Source: Syntrophorhabdaceae bacterium (GTDB lineage Bacteria > Desulfobacterota > Syntrophorhabdia > Syntrophorhabdales > Syntrophorhabdaceae). Taken from it: 64,000 bases of DNA. The number at the start of each line of letters is the position of its first letter. The first letter of the stretch is position 1. The notes below the pieces were generated by a model. The model made no database searches. It was given only the letters and a program-made list of their open reading frames with translations, and was not told where the DNA came from. The position numbers and the translations under genes were made by a program. Below, piece by piece: positions 47,745 through 56,873 of this stretch. The stretch is taken from NCBI GenBank assembly GCA_963665295.1, contig OY762209.1, positions 4,960,001 through 5,024,000 of the forward strand, read 5' to 3'.

Positions 47745-47797
47745 ATATCCCTCCACACTCAGCTATTGGAAAAACACGGCAACGGTTTGCGGCTGGA

Positions 47798-49426
47798 TCA
47801 GAATAAGCCCGGTTCCTGAAACTCGCCGAATATCTGTCTGAAGATGTTCGTCATCTCCCCCACCGTTGCGTAGGCCTTGCAGCACTCGACAAGGCAGGGC
47901 ATCACGTTTGCGCCCTCCCGCGTTGTCTTCTCAAGTTCCTTGAGCGTACGGGCCACGTCCCGCTCGGACCTCTCCCTCTTCACTTCCTGGAGACCTTTGA
48001 GCTGTATCTCGGCTGATTCGTAGTTGTACTCGTGGAGTTCCACATCCCTCGGCTCTTCCTCGGTGTAGATATTCACGCCCACTTTGAGAAGTTCGCCTGA
48101 TTGGATGCCCTTTTCGAACTCGTAGGCCTGCCTCGCCACCAGCCTTTGAACGTATCCCGTGGCCACCGCCTTCACGATGCCCCCGATCTTTTCGATCTTC
48201 GCCATCTCCTCTTCGATCTTGCCTTCCATCTCCTTGGTCAGGGTCTCGATGAAGTAGCTCCCCGCAAGGGGGTCTACCGTGTCGCGCAGCCCCATCTCGT
48301 CCATGAGAAGCTGGAGCGTGCGAAGCGATAGGAGGGCGGAGTGGGGTGTGGGGATCGTATAGGCTTCATCGTAGCTGCAAAGGGCCGTGGTCTGGGCCCC
48401 GGAAAGGGCTGCCACGAGGGCGTAGTACGCGCCTCTCATGATGTTGTTCTCCGGCTGCGCCTTGGCAAGGCCATAACCGCCGCCACCGAACAGGCCGCGG
48501 AGATACAGGTTCTGGGGCTTTTTCACATCATACTTCTCCTTCAGGTTCCTGGCCCAGAGCTTCCTCGCCGCCCTGAATTTGGCGACCTGTTCCCACATGT
48601 TGCCGAAGACGTTGAGGTTGAACGAGAAGGTGCCCACAAACTCGTCCACGTCGTACCCCCTCGCGAGCACGTTGTCGATATAGGCGTTGGCGATGAGGAT
48701 CGCACAGGCGATCTCCTGGGCGGGCGTAGCGCCCGATTCCCGTATATGGTAGCCGCACACGCTGACCGGGTTTGCCCTCGGCAGGTTGGTCATGGCATAT
48801 TCGATGGTGTCGCCGATGAGCTTCACGGCGGGCTCTACAGGGAATATCCAGGCGCCCCTTCCGATCATCTCCTTCAGGATGTCGTTCTGGGGCGTCGCGG
48901 AGATCACCTTGGGGCTATACCCGTACTTCTCCGCCACCGCCTGGTACATGGCGAGCATGATGGACGCCACGGCGTTGATCGTAAGGCCCGACCCGATCTT
49001 GTCGAGGCGGATGTCCTTAAAGGCAATTTCAAAATCCCTCAGGGTATCGACGGCCATTCCCACGCGGCCTACCTCTCCGTCGGACATGGGGTCGTCGGAG
49101 TCGTAACCCATCTGAGTAGGAAGGTCAAAGGCCACGTTGAGGCCCGTTTGGCCATGGGCTATCATGAGCTTGAACCGCTCGTTCGTCTCCGCGGGCGTTC
49201 CGAAGCCCGTATACTGACGGGTGGTCCATGCCCTCGACCTGTATCCCAAAGGATGTATGCCCCTGGTGAAAGGGTATTCGCCGGGATCCGCCAAATCCTT
49301 TTCGTAGGAAAAACCTATGCGGTCAAGGTCTTCCGGGGTATAGACCGGCTTTACGTGAATGTCCGACTGGAGTATCACATCGGTTATGCGACCTTTTTCA
49401 TCCTTGATATATTTTGCGACCCCCAT
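47798..49426 (-). CDS. B12-dependent acyl-CoA mutase large (substrate-binding) subunit
   Basis: PGEYPFTRG, RQYTGF, VAFDLPTQMGYDSD, QNDILKE...R, GYHIRE, KFRAAR motifs. Confidence 0.93.
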   Translation of the reverse strand: MGVAKYIKDEKGRITDVILQSDIHVKPVYTPEDLDRIGFSYEKDLADPGEYPFTRGIHPLGYRSRAWTTRQYTGFGTPAETNERFKLMIAHGQTGLNVAFDLPTQMGYDSDDPMSDGEVGRVGMAVDTLRDFEIAFKDIRLDKIGSGLTINAVASIMLAMYQAVAEKYGYSPKVISATPQNDILKEMIGRGAWIFPVEPAVKLIGDTIEYAMTNLPRANPVSVCGYHIRESGATPAQEIACAILIANAYIDNVLARGYDVDEFVGTFSFNLNVFGNMWEQVAKFRAARKLWARNLKEKYDVKKPQNLYLRGLFGGGGYGLAKAQPENNIMRGAYYALVAALSGAQTTALCSYDEAYTIPTPHSALLSLRTLQLLMDEMGLRDTVDPLAGSYFIETLTKEMEGKIEEEMAKIEKIGGIVKAVATGYVQRLVARQAYEFEKGIQSGELLKVGVNIYTEEEPRDVELHEYNYESAEIQLKGLQEVKRERSERDVARTLKELEKTTREGANVMPCLVECCKAYATVGEMTNIFRQIFGEFQEPGLF

Positions 49427-49435
49427 CTTTCCCTC

Positions 49436-49840
49436 CTAATCCTTCTTTACGTGGGACTTTAAGTAATCTATGATCTCCGAGAATGGGGTCCCCCCGGGGA
49501 AAACCCCGGATATGCCGAGGGCCTTGAGCTTCGGCACGTCCATGGCGGGGATCACCCCTCCGACGACGAGCATCTTGTCCTCGATCTCCTTCTCTTTCAC
49601 CTTCTGCACCAGTTTCTTCGCAATGGGAATGTGGGCCCCGCTCATGATGGAAAGACCTATGACGTCCACATCTTCCTGCACGGCGATATCGACAATCTGA
49701 TCCACGGTCCTGTGAAGCCCCGTATAGATTACCTCCATGCCCGCCTCCTTCAGCGCATGGGCCACCACCTTGGCGCCCCGGTCATGGCCGTCGAGGCCCG
49801 GCTTCGATACCAAAACCTTTATTCTCCGTTCTTCACCCAC
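49436..49840 (-). CDS. B12-binding small subunit of acyl-CoA mutase
   Basis: KPGLDGHDRGAK (DxHxxG), GLSIMSG, GGVIP. Confidence 0.95.
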   Translation of the reverse strand: MGEERRIKVLVSKPGLDGHDRGAKVVAHALKEAGMEVIYTGLHRTVDQIVDIAVQEDVDVIGLSIMSGAHIPIAKKLVQKVKEKEIEDKMLVVGGVIPAMDVPKLKALGISGVFPGGTPFSEIIDYLKSHVKKD

Positions 49841-49861
49841 GCTCCCTCCTTTAAACCTCGT

Positions 49862-50590
49862 TCATTCGAAGTGACCTGATTGCATCGCCTTCAGAATAAA
49901 GTTCTTCCCCTGCAGTATATGGGACTTCACGATCCTCTCCACGTTCTCCTTGTCTCCCCTGCGCATGGCTTCCACCATGGCTTTGTGCCCCTCCAGGGAA
50001 ACCCTGGCATTACTTTGGGAACTGAGCAGGGGTCTTCTGTATCGCGAGATATAGTCCACAAACATGTTGATCAGTTTGTTGAGCATTTCGCTCTTCGCAG
50101 ACCGGTAGATCATCTCATGGAACCGGATATTAAGCTCCATTACCTTTGCGAGGTCTCCTATTTCCAATGCCCGGGAAGACTCGTCGATGATGCTCTCCAG
50201 GGCGGCGATCACCTCATCGCTCACGTGATCGCACGCTTCGGCGGCCGCGTAGCTTTCAAGGGCCGCCCTGATACCGAAGGCTTCGTGTATATCCTCCTCC
50301 GATATCTTCTTCACTATGATGCCTCTTACGGGCAGCCTCTGCACAAACCCGTACTGTTCGAGTCTTTTTATCGCCTCCCTGACAGGCACCCGGCTCACCT
50401 GCATCTTGTCGGAAAGCTTCTGCTCCACCAGCCTCTGGCCGGGCTTCAAATCGCCGTTTACAATAGAGTCCTTCAGTATCCTGTAAACAACTTCCGCCAT
50501 TGATCTATGCTTGCCCACCGGCTCGATCCGGTCCAGAAAATCTGCCGGGTCCGACGGTATTTCCTTCTGAGGTTCCTTGCTTCTTGCCAT
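49862..50590 (-). CDS. GntR family (FCD) transcriptional regulator
   Basis: LKPGQRLVE..L...VSRVPVREA wHTH; R..LE, N..FH, H FCD motifs. Confidence 0.93.
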   Translation of the reverse strand: MARSKEPQKEIPSDPADFLDRIEPVGKHRSMAEVVYRILKDSIVNGDLKPGQRLVEQKLSDKMQVSRVPVREAIKRLEQYGFVQRLPVRGIIVKKISEEDIHEAFGIRAALESYAAAEACDHVSDEVIAALESIIDESSRALEIGDLAKVMELNIRFHEMIYRSAKSEMLNKLINMFVDYISRYRRPLLSSQSNARVSLEGHKAMVEAMRRGDKENVERIVKSHILQGKNFILKAMQSGHFE

Positions 50591-50606
50591 TGCCTTTGTT
50601 TCTCCT

Positions 50607-51761
50607 CTATTTTTCCGTTTTCCCCACGATCAACCTCCCGAGAAAGTCTTTGAGAATCTCGTGGGTTCCTCCTCCGTAAAGGAGGAACCGGGCATCCCGG
50701 AAGTGACGCTGCGGGTTGTACTCGCGAGCGAAGCCGTTCGCGCCCCATATCCTTGTTACTTCATCCACCACCTTGAGGCATGTTTCCGTGGCGAACATCT
50801 TTGCCATGGCCGCCTCTTTACGGCTCGACAGGCCTTCCTTAAGCCTCCATGCCGCGGAGAATATCATGAGCCTGCTCGCCTCCATCTCCGTTGCCATGTC
50901 GGCGAACTTTGCCCTGATCAACTGGTATGTGCCGATGGCTTTGCCGAAGGCCGTCCGTTTTCTCGCATATTCCAGGCCCTCCGCCATGGCTGCGGTGGCG
51001 ATACCGAGGGCCATTGCGCCCGTCATTACCCTCACTTCGTCGAGTATCTCCCCCAGGTACTCAGTGCCCTTGTTCACCTCGGCCCCCAAGAGGTTTTCCG
51101 CGGGGACCCTTACGTCCTCGAGGACCAACTCGCCTGTGATGGTGCCCCTGCACCCGAGTTTATCGATTATCTGTCCTGCGGAAAATCCCGGAGTCCCCTT
51201 TTCCACGAGGTAAAAGTTGAGTCCCTTTACTCCGAGAGAGGGGTCCGTGGTGGCAAGCACCGTGGCGAAGTCGGCGATGGGACCGTTCGTTATCCACATC
51301 TTGGTGCCGTTCAATATCCATTCGTTCCCGTCCTTTACCGCGGTGGTGCGGGTGGAGGCGAGGTCGGAGCCGGACTGGTCTTCGGTGAAACACATGGTGG
51401 CGATCTTTTCGCCCCTCATGGCGGGATATAGACACCTCTCCTTCATCTCCTCCGTGCCGAACCGGTAGATAAAATAGGTACCCATGAGAATATTCATGAT
51501 CACGCTCTGGGCAAAACCCACGGACCCCCGGGCGATCTGCTCGTAAAAAATCATGGCAGTCACGGGGTCGGCGTTCATACCCCCTATCTCCTCGGGATAC
51601 CGCAAGCCCAGGTAGCCCAGTTTGGTGAATTCACGCCACACTTCGTAGGGAAATTCATCTTTCTCATCTATTTCCTGAGCCTTCGGCACCACCATACGGT
51701 TGACTGTATCGGTAATCATCTTCTTGAAGAATTCCTGCTCTTCCGTCAATGCAAAATCCAT
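50607..51761 (-). CDS. Acyl-CoA dehydrogenase family protein
   Basis: FTEDQSGSD, NGTKMWITN, R.AFGK.I, AAMAK, RDARF...GGGT.EI. Confidence 0.92.
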   Translation of the reverse strand: MDFALTEEQEFFKKMITDTVNRMVVPKAQEIDEKDEFPYEVWREFTKLGYLGLRYPEEIGGMNADPVTAMIFYEQIARGSVGFAQSVIMNILMGTYFIYRFGTEEMKERCLYPAMRGEKIATMCFTEDQSGSDLASTRTTAVKDGNEWILNGTKMWITNGPIADFATVLATTDPSLGVKGLNFYLVEKGTPGFSAGQIIDKLGCRGTITGELVLEDVRVPAENLLGAEVNKGTEYLGEILDEVRVMTGAMALGIATAAMAEGLEYARKRTAFGKAIGTYQLIRAKFADMATEMEASRLMIFSAAWRLKEGLSSRKEAAMAKMFATETCLKVVDEVTRIWGANGFAREYNPQRHFRDARFLLYGGGTHEILKDFLGRLIVGKTEK

Positions 51762-51827
51762 ATATGCCTCCTCGCGAAATCAGTTAAGGGGCTTTCGCCC
51801 TCAAGCCGGTGGTGGGACCCGGCGCAC

Positions 51828-52979
51828 TCAGACATCTCCATGTCTCAGACTCTCCGCCGCAATGATCGTTTTCAATATCTCGGAAGTCCCTCCGCCGAAG
51901 AGGAGAAAACGGGCGTCCCTGAAATACCTCTGGGCCGGGAATTCCTCTGCTATCCCGTACGCGCCGTGGATGCGGGTCACCTCGTCCACCACGTAGCACG
52001 CGGTCTCCGTGGAATAGAGCTTGGCCATGGCCGCCTCCTTGCCCGAGAGTTCTCCCCGGTCTTTGAGCCATGCCGCATAGTACGTGAGGAGCCACGATGT
52101 CCTGATCCTCATGTCCATCTCCGCAATCTTCTCCTGTATAAGCTGGAACTTGCCTATGGGTTTGCCGAAGGCAACCCGTTCCTTCGCATACTTCAATCCC
52201 GCGGTTCGGGCACTTTCCGCGAGGCCGAGGCCAAGGGCGGAGATCATTACCCGTATTTCGCTCAGGATGGCGTTCAGATATTGTGCTCCCCTGCCTTCTT
52301 CCCCCAGGAGGTTCTCCTTCGGGACCCGACACTCATCAAGAATAAGCTCTCCCGCGCTTGTCCCCCTGGCCGAGATCTTCTTGATATCGTGGCCCACGGA
52401 AAAACCGGGGTGATTTTTCTCCACGAGAAAAAACCCGAGGCCGTTGACCCGTTTGGAGGGGTCGGTCGTGGCCGCCACGGTAAAGAAGTCTGCGTCCCTG
52501 GCGTTCGTGATCCAGAGCTTTCTCCCGTTCAGCACGTAGCTGTCGCCGTCTTTCCTCGCCCGTGTCTTGACCGCCCCCAGGTCGGAGCCGCAGTCCGGTT
52601 CGGTGAAGGCGATGACCCCGATCTTCTCACCTTTAACGGCAGGGGCAAGAAGGCGCGTCTTCTGTTCATCAGTGCCGAAACGGTGGATAAAATCGGTGCC
52701 CATGAGGCACTGCATGGTTACGCCGGCCGCGAAGCTGATCGACACCTTCGCGAGTTCCTCGGCGAATATGGTGAAGGTCACACAATCGGACCCCATGCCC
52801 CCCGCTTCCGCAGGATACCTTATCCCGTAATAGCCAAGTTTTCCCAGTTCCCTGAATACTTCAAGGGGGAATTCATCATCTCTGTCGATCGCTTCCGCAT
52901 GGGGGAGTACGATCTCCCTGAGCGTCCGGGAGACTTGTTCTTTGAAAAACCGCTGTTCTTCCGTAAAATTGAAATCCAT
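51828..52979 (-). CDS. Acyl-CoA dehydrogenase family protein
   Basis: FTEPDCGSD, NGRKLWITN, R.AFGKPI, AAMAK, RDARF...GGGTSEI. Confidence 0.92.
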   Translation of the reverse strand: MDFNFTEEQRFFKEQVSRTLREIVLPHAEAIDRDDEFPLEVFRELGKLGYYGIRYPAEAGGMGSDCVTFTIFAEELAKVSISFAAGVTMQCLMGTDFIHRFGTDEQKTRLLAPAVKGEKIGVIAFTEPDCGSDLGAVKTRARKDGDSYVLNGRKLWITNARDADFFTVAATTDPSKRVNGLGFFLVEKNHPGFSVGHDIKKISARGTSAGELILDECRVPKENLLGEEGRGAQYLNAILSEIRVMISALGLGLAESARTAGLKYAKERVAFGKPIGKFQLIQEKIAEMDMRIRTSWLLTYYAAWLKDRGELSGKEAAMAKLYSTETACYVVDEVTRIHGAYGIAEEFPAQRYFRDARFLLFGGGTSEILKTIIAAESLRHGDV

Positions 52980-53039
52980 CAGCCTCTTCTCATCTCCGTC
53001 GGCGCGCCCTCGTCCGATTCGCCGGACCCGGGTCCGCCC

Positions 53040-53987
53040 TTATGGGACGTCAAATTTTCCGATCACTCTTTCCGCGGCAGTATAGGGATCGATGCGCCCC
53101 TCCTCCATGTCGGCGGCGGCCGCGTCGAGCAGCCCTTCCTTCTCCGCCCCGGCAAGAAAACGCTTCCAGAGCAATTCCCTCAAAAGGGAACGCATGACCG
53201 CGTTTTTTCCTTCCCTTCGTCTCTCCTGCTTCTTTCCATCCTTTTCAAGGTAGTCCCAATGAGCCTCCAGGGCGGACACCACGTCCGGAACCCCTTCCCC
53301 CTTGAGGGCATGGGTGAGGAGCACCGGTATGTTCCAACCTTCCGGATCATGGGCGCTCAACTCGTTCACCGCGGCCATGGCGTCAAAGGCCATCTCTTCC
53401 GCGCCGGTCTTATCCCTCTTGTTGATTACCACTATATCGCCCACTTCCACTATCCCCGCCTTCAAAAGCTGGATCTCGTCCCCATAGTCCGGGGTCAGCA
53501 CGCATATCATGGTATCCGAGAAAGAGGCGATGCCCATTTCGGTCTGACCTACGCCCACGCTTTCCACGATAATCACGTCCTTGCCCAGGGCTTCCACCAC
53601 GTAGACCGCACCGGGCGTGGCCCGCGACACGCCGCCGGGGTAGCCCCTGTGGGCCATGGAGCGGATAAATATCCCTTTTACCTTGTCCGCTTCCTTCATC
53701 CTTACCCGGTCGCCGAGAAAAGCGCCTTTCCCTTTCATGCTTGTGGGATCGACTGCGATGATCCCCACATTTCTCCCCGCACCTGTGAGAGCCAGGGTGA
53801 TCTTGTTGATCAGCGTGCTCTTCCCCGTGCCGGGAGACCCCGTAACGCCTATCACGTGGGCCTTTCCCACGTGGGGGTAAAGCTCGCGCAGGGCTTCATA
53901 CCCGACCGCGTCGCCGTCCTCGATCATGGTGATAAGGCGGGCGGCGCTTCTCTCGTTCCCTGCGAGTATCTTTGCGACAAGTTCCAT
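53040..53987 (-). CDS. meaB: Mutase-associated GTPase metallochaperone MeaB/ArgK
   Basis: GVTGSPGTGKST, AVDP.S...GA.LGDRVRM, FIRSMA.RG..GG, ESVGVGQ.E, NKRD. Confidence 0.93.
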   Translation of the reverse strand: MELVAKILAGNERSAARLITMIEDGDAVGYEALRELYPHVGKAHVIGVTGSPGTGKSTLINKITLALTGAGRNVGIIAVDPTSMKGKGAFLGDRVRMKEADKVKGIFIRSMAHRGYPGGVSRATPGAVYVVEALGKDVIIVESVGVGQTEMGIASFSDTMICVLTPDYGDEIQLLKAGIVEVGDIVVINKRDKTGAEEMAFDAMAAVNELSAHDPEGWNIPVLLTHALKGEGVPDVVSALEAHWDYLEKDGKKQERRREGKNAVMRSLLRELLWKRFLAGAEKEGLLDAAAADMEEGRIDPYTAAERVIGKFDVP

Positions 53988-55177
53988 CAGATGACTTTGT
54001 CATCCTTTAATTTCTTCAGTCTTTCCTCGTCGTATCCGAGGATTTTGCCGTATATTTCCTGGTTGTGTTCCCCGAATCTCGGGGGGAAGGTCATTTTTCC
54101 GCCGCACTCTTTGAGATAGGGCGTCATGAAGGGGGGCGGCGCCATCCATATCTTCGTGCCTGTCTTCGGATCGACGCTTTCGAGAATGCCTTCTTTCACG
54201 TAGGAGTCCTCCAGCATATCCTCGATGGTGTTCACCTTGGAGATGGCAATGGTGGCCTTATTACAGAGACTTATCATCTCATCCGTGGTCCTGGTCCGCA
54301 TTATCTCGTTGATTTTGTTGTTCAGGTTTTTCACGTCCCTGATGCGGCCCGCGTTCTTTTCGTATTCAGGCTTCGCCAGGGATTCGAATCCGGGCAGTTG
54401 CGCAAAGGATGCCCACTGCCTGTCGTTTCCCACCGCGATGTAGACAAATCCGTCCTTTGTCCCGTAAACCGAAACAGGGGCGAAGAACTCATGCGTATTC
54501 CCTCTCCTCGTGATCCTGTTACCGAAGGACTTCGTGAGGGTTATGGCCACGGTGAGCCATGAGGTGGTGGACATGAACATGGAAAGGTCGATCCTTTCCC
54601 CAACGCCGGTCATAGCCTTCTTATAAAGGGCTTTCATGACGAGCCCGTACGCATGCTCGCTTGTGCCCATATCAGGCAAGGGAATGCCCAATACCTCCGG
54701 GCTCCCGTCCGCCTCTCCCGTAAGCTCCATGAGACCGCTCCGGGCCTGAAGTATGGGGTCGTAGGCGGCTTCGTTGCTGTCAGGGCCGAAGCCGGTGAGG
54801 CCCACCCAGATAATGTCCTCCTTGATCGATTTCAGGGTGTCGTAATCTATGCCCAGTTTCTCGTAATTCCTGGGCAACTGGTTTGTGGCGAAGATATCGA
54901 CGTTCAGTTTGGTGATGAGGTCCCTGAGGATCTCCTTTCCCCCCGGCGCGGCAAGATCGAGGGAAAGGGCTTTCTTCCCCGCGTTTATGGCCATAAAATA
55001 GGTGTTCATCCGCTCTTCGCCGAGTTTGTTGTCTCCTATCATCCGGTTGGGGTCTCCGTAGACAGGGTGTTCCAGTCGGATCACGTTGACGCCGTCCATT
55101 GCGAGCCGGTAGCTCAGATAGGGAAGCACGGTTGCCTGTTCCAGGGATAAGACGGTGATATTCCTAAAAATATTCAT
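53987..55177 (-). CDS. Family III CoA transferase (CaiB/BaiF)
   Basis: G.NVIRLEHP..GDP.R, NAGKK..SLDL, TGFG, AYDPILQA.SGLM, PPRFGEH. Confidence 0.92.
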   Translation of the reverse strand: MNIFRNITVLSLEQATVLPYLSYRLAMDGVNVIRLEHPVYGDPNRMIGDNKLGEERMNTYFMAINAGKKALSLDLAAPGGKEILRDLITKLNVDIFATNQLPRNYEKLGIDYDTLKSIKEDIIWVGLTGFGPDSNEAAYDPILQARSGLMELTGEADGSPEVLGIPLPDMGTSEHAYGLVMKALYKKAMTGVGERIDLSMFMSTTSWLTVAITLTKSFGNRITRRGNTHEFFAPVSVYGTKDGFVYIAVGNDRQWASFAQLPGFESLAKPEYEKNAGRIRDVKNLNNKINEIMRTRTTDEMISLCNKATIAISKVNTIEDMLEDSYVKEGILESVDPKTGTKIWMAPPPFMTPYLKECGGKMTFPPRFGEHNQEIYGKILGYDEERLKKLKDDKVI

Positions 55178-55244
55178 GAGACCTCCTTAGAACGGATTAA
55201 CTGAATTGCTTTCTCCGAAATCAGAAAAAAACCTTCTTTTTTAT

Positions 55245-55273
55245 TTGACACCCTGTTATATTTGATATAACAT
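55245..55273 (+). promoter_or_regulatory. sigma70 promoter of the rightward molybdoenzyme operon, overlapped by palindrome TGTTATAT-TTG-ATATAACA
   Basis: TTGACA 55245-55250, 17 nt, TAACAT 55268-55273; perfect 8-bp inverted repeat at 55254-55272. Confidence 0.65.
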
Positions 55274-55313
55274 TATTTTCATGTCTACGGTATACAGTAT
55301 TCAATATGACGTA

Positions 55314-55342
55314 AGTATAGGAAATGGGCGTTTTATTGTCAA
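55314..55342 (-). promoter_or_regulatory. sigma70 promoter of the leftward catabolic operon
   Basis: Minus strand TTGACA-17-TATACT. Confidence 0.7.
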
Positions 55343-55390
55343 GCAATTTTGTTTTAAAGATGTTTTTTCCGGATATTAAAGGAGAATTTA

Positions 55391-56392
55391 ATGAGATTAC
55401 CGCCTTTCGACGTATTTGAGCCACGAACCATGAAGGATGCCCTCTCGATCATGCACGACCATGCAGGGGTCCTCAAAGTCATCGGCGGGGGGACTGAACT
55501 GGTGGGGCTGATGAAATTGAGGCTTGTCGTCCCTCAGTATGTCCTGAGCACCCGCAAGCTCGGGGCCTTGCGAGGGATCGAGGAAAAGAAGAATGAGGTC
55601 GTCATAGGCGCGGGCACCTCTTTGGCCGAGATAATGGAGTCGCCTGTTCTCGCCGGCAGGTTCCAGGCGGTGGTTGATGCCGCTTCCATGGTGGCCGCCT
55701 ATCCGATCCGGACCAGGGCGACCATTGGGGGAAATATCCTCCAGAATACGCGGTGTCTCTATTATAACCTGTCTGAGATTCCCCGGAAGGGGCTTCCCGC
55801 CTGCTTCAAGGCAGGGGGAAACGTCTGCAACGCGGTAAAAGGGTCGAAACGCTGTTTCAGCGTCTACCAGGGCGACATGGCCCCCGCTCTCATGAGCTTC
55901 GACGCAAGAATCCACCTGAAAAGATACAACGGCTCGCGGAAGGTTCCCCTCGCGCAACTCTATACAGGAGATGGGAAGAACCCCGTGGCCATCGGGCTCG
56001 ACGAGCTTCTCACCCACATCTCCATCCCCATGCCTGCCGGGGTTTACGGCTCTTCTTTCCAGAAGATACGGCTCCGGAAGGCCCTCGACTATCCTCTCGC
56101 CTCGGCAGCGGCATTCGTGTCGGTGAAGGCGGGCAACAAGGTCGATGAGGTGCGGGTGGTACTGGGGGCGGCCGGCTCGGGACCGAAACTGCTCGACACC
56201 ACGACAGGGTTTAAAGGTAAGGTCCTGGCAGAAAAGCAGATGGCCGAGATATCCGAAAAGGCCCTGAAGGCAGCCGAGATGACGGACAACACCGCGCTCC
56301 CCGGCTCCTACAGGCGGAAGATTATAAAGGTTGTCGCCGCAAGGGCGCTTCGCGATGCGCTTAGCCGCATCGAAAGGTCAGGTAAATCATGA
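55391..56392 (+). CDS. FAD-binding subunit with 4Fe-4S insertion, 4-hydroxybenzoyl-CoA reductase beta (HcrB)-like
   Basis: GGGTEL, ATIGGN..Q..RC, then C-x15-C-x7-C-x8-C insertion typical of HcrB. Confidence 0.88.
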   Translation: MRLPPFDVFEPRTMKDALSIMHDHAGVLKVIGGGTELVGLMKLRLVVPQYVLSTRKLGALRGIEEKKNEVVIGAGTSLAEIMESPVLAGRFQAVVDAASMVAAYPIRTRATIGGNILQNTRCLYYNLSEIPRKGLPACFKAGGNVCNAVKGSKRCFSVYQGDMAPALMSFDARIHLKRYNGSRKVPLAQLYTGDGKNPVAIGLDELLTHISIPMPAGVYGSSFQKIRLRKALDYPLASAAAFVSVKAGNKVDEVRVVLGAAGSGPKLLDTTTGFKGKVLAEKQMAEISEKALKAAEMTDNTALPGSYRRKIIKVVAARALRDALSRIERSGKS

Positions 56393-56868
56393 AAGAAACC
56401 ACAAAACGTGCCTTCACGCTGAAGGTCAATGGAGAGACTCACCATATAGAGACATACCCGAACCGCACCCTCCTTGAAGTGCTGAGAGAGGAGTTGAGCC
56501 TCACAGGGGCGAAGGAAGGCTGCGGCGAGGGCGCCTGTGGTTCCTGCACGGTCCTTCTCGACGGGCGGCCCGTACGGTCCTGTCTTCTTCTCGCAGTGGA
56601 AGCTCAGGACGGGGAGATCACCACCATCGAGGGTCTCGCGGATGGGCGCAACCTCCACCCACTCCAGGAAGCGTTTGTCGAGCACCATGCCATACAGTGC
56701 GGATTCTGCGCCTCCGGCATGATCCTCACCGCAAAGGCGTTCCTCGACAGCAATCCCCACCCCACCGAGGATCAGATCAAACTCGCCCTTTCAGGGAATG
56801 TCTGCCGCTGCACCGGGTATACGAAGATCATCGAAGCGGTAAAATCGGTCGCGGAGAGCAGGGGGTGA
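56389..56868 (+). CDS. Subunit with two 2Fe-2S clusters (HcrC/CoxS type, set 2)
   Basis: GAKEGCGEGACGSCT, QCGFCASG, NVCRCTGY. Confidence 0.95.
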   Translation: MKETTKRAFTLKVNGETHHIETYPNRTLLEVLREELSLTGAKEGCGEGACGSCTVLLDGRPVRSCLLLAVEAQDGEITTIEGLADGRNLHPLQEAFVEHHAIQCGFCASGMILTAKAFLDSNPHPTEDQIKLALSGNVCRCTGYTKIIEAVKSVAESRG

Positions 56869-56873
56869 CGGCG

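Noticed and set aside
51840..54119. 759-aa plus-strand ORF, and similar long antisense ORFs (7927-9162, 9321-10553, 13370-14572, 44507-45610, 48341-49462, 57381-58916, 61514-62653)
   Set aside because: Each lies opposite well-supported genes and has no recognisable motifs. These are shadow ORFs expected from GC-rich codon bias.
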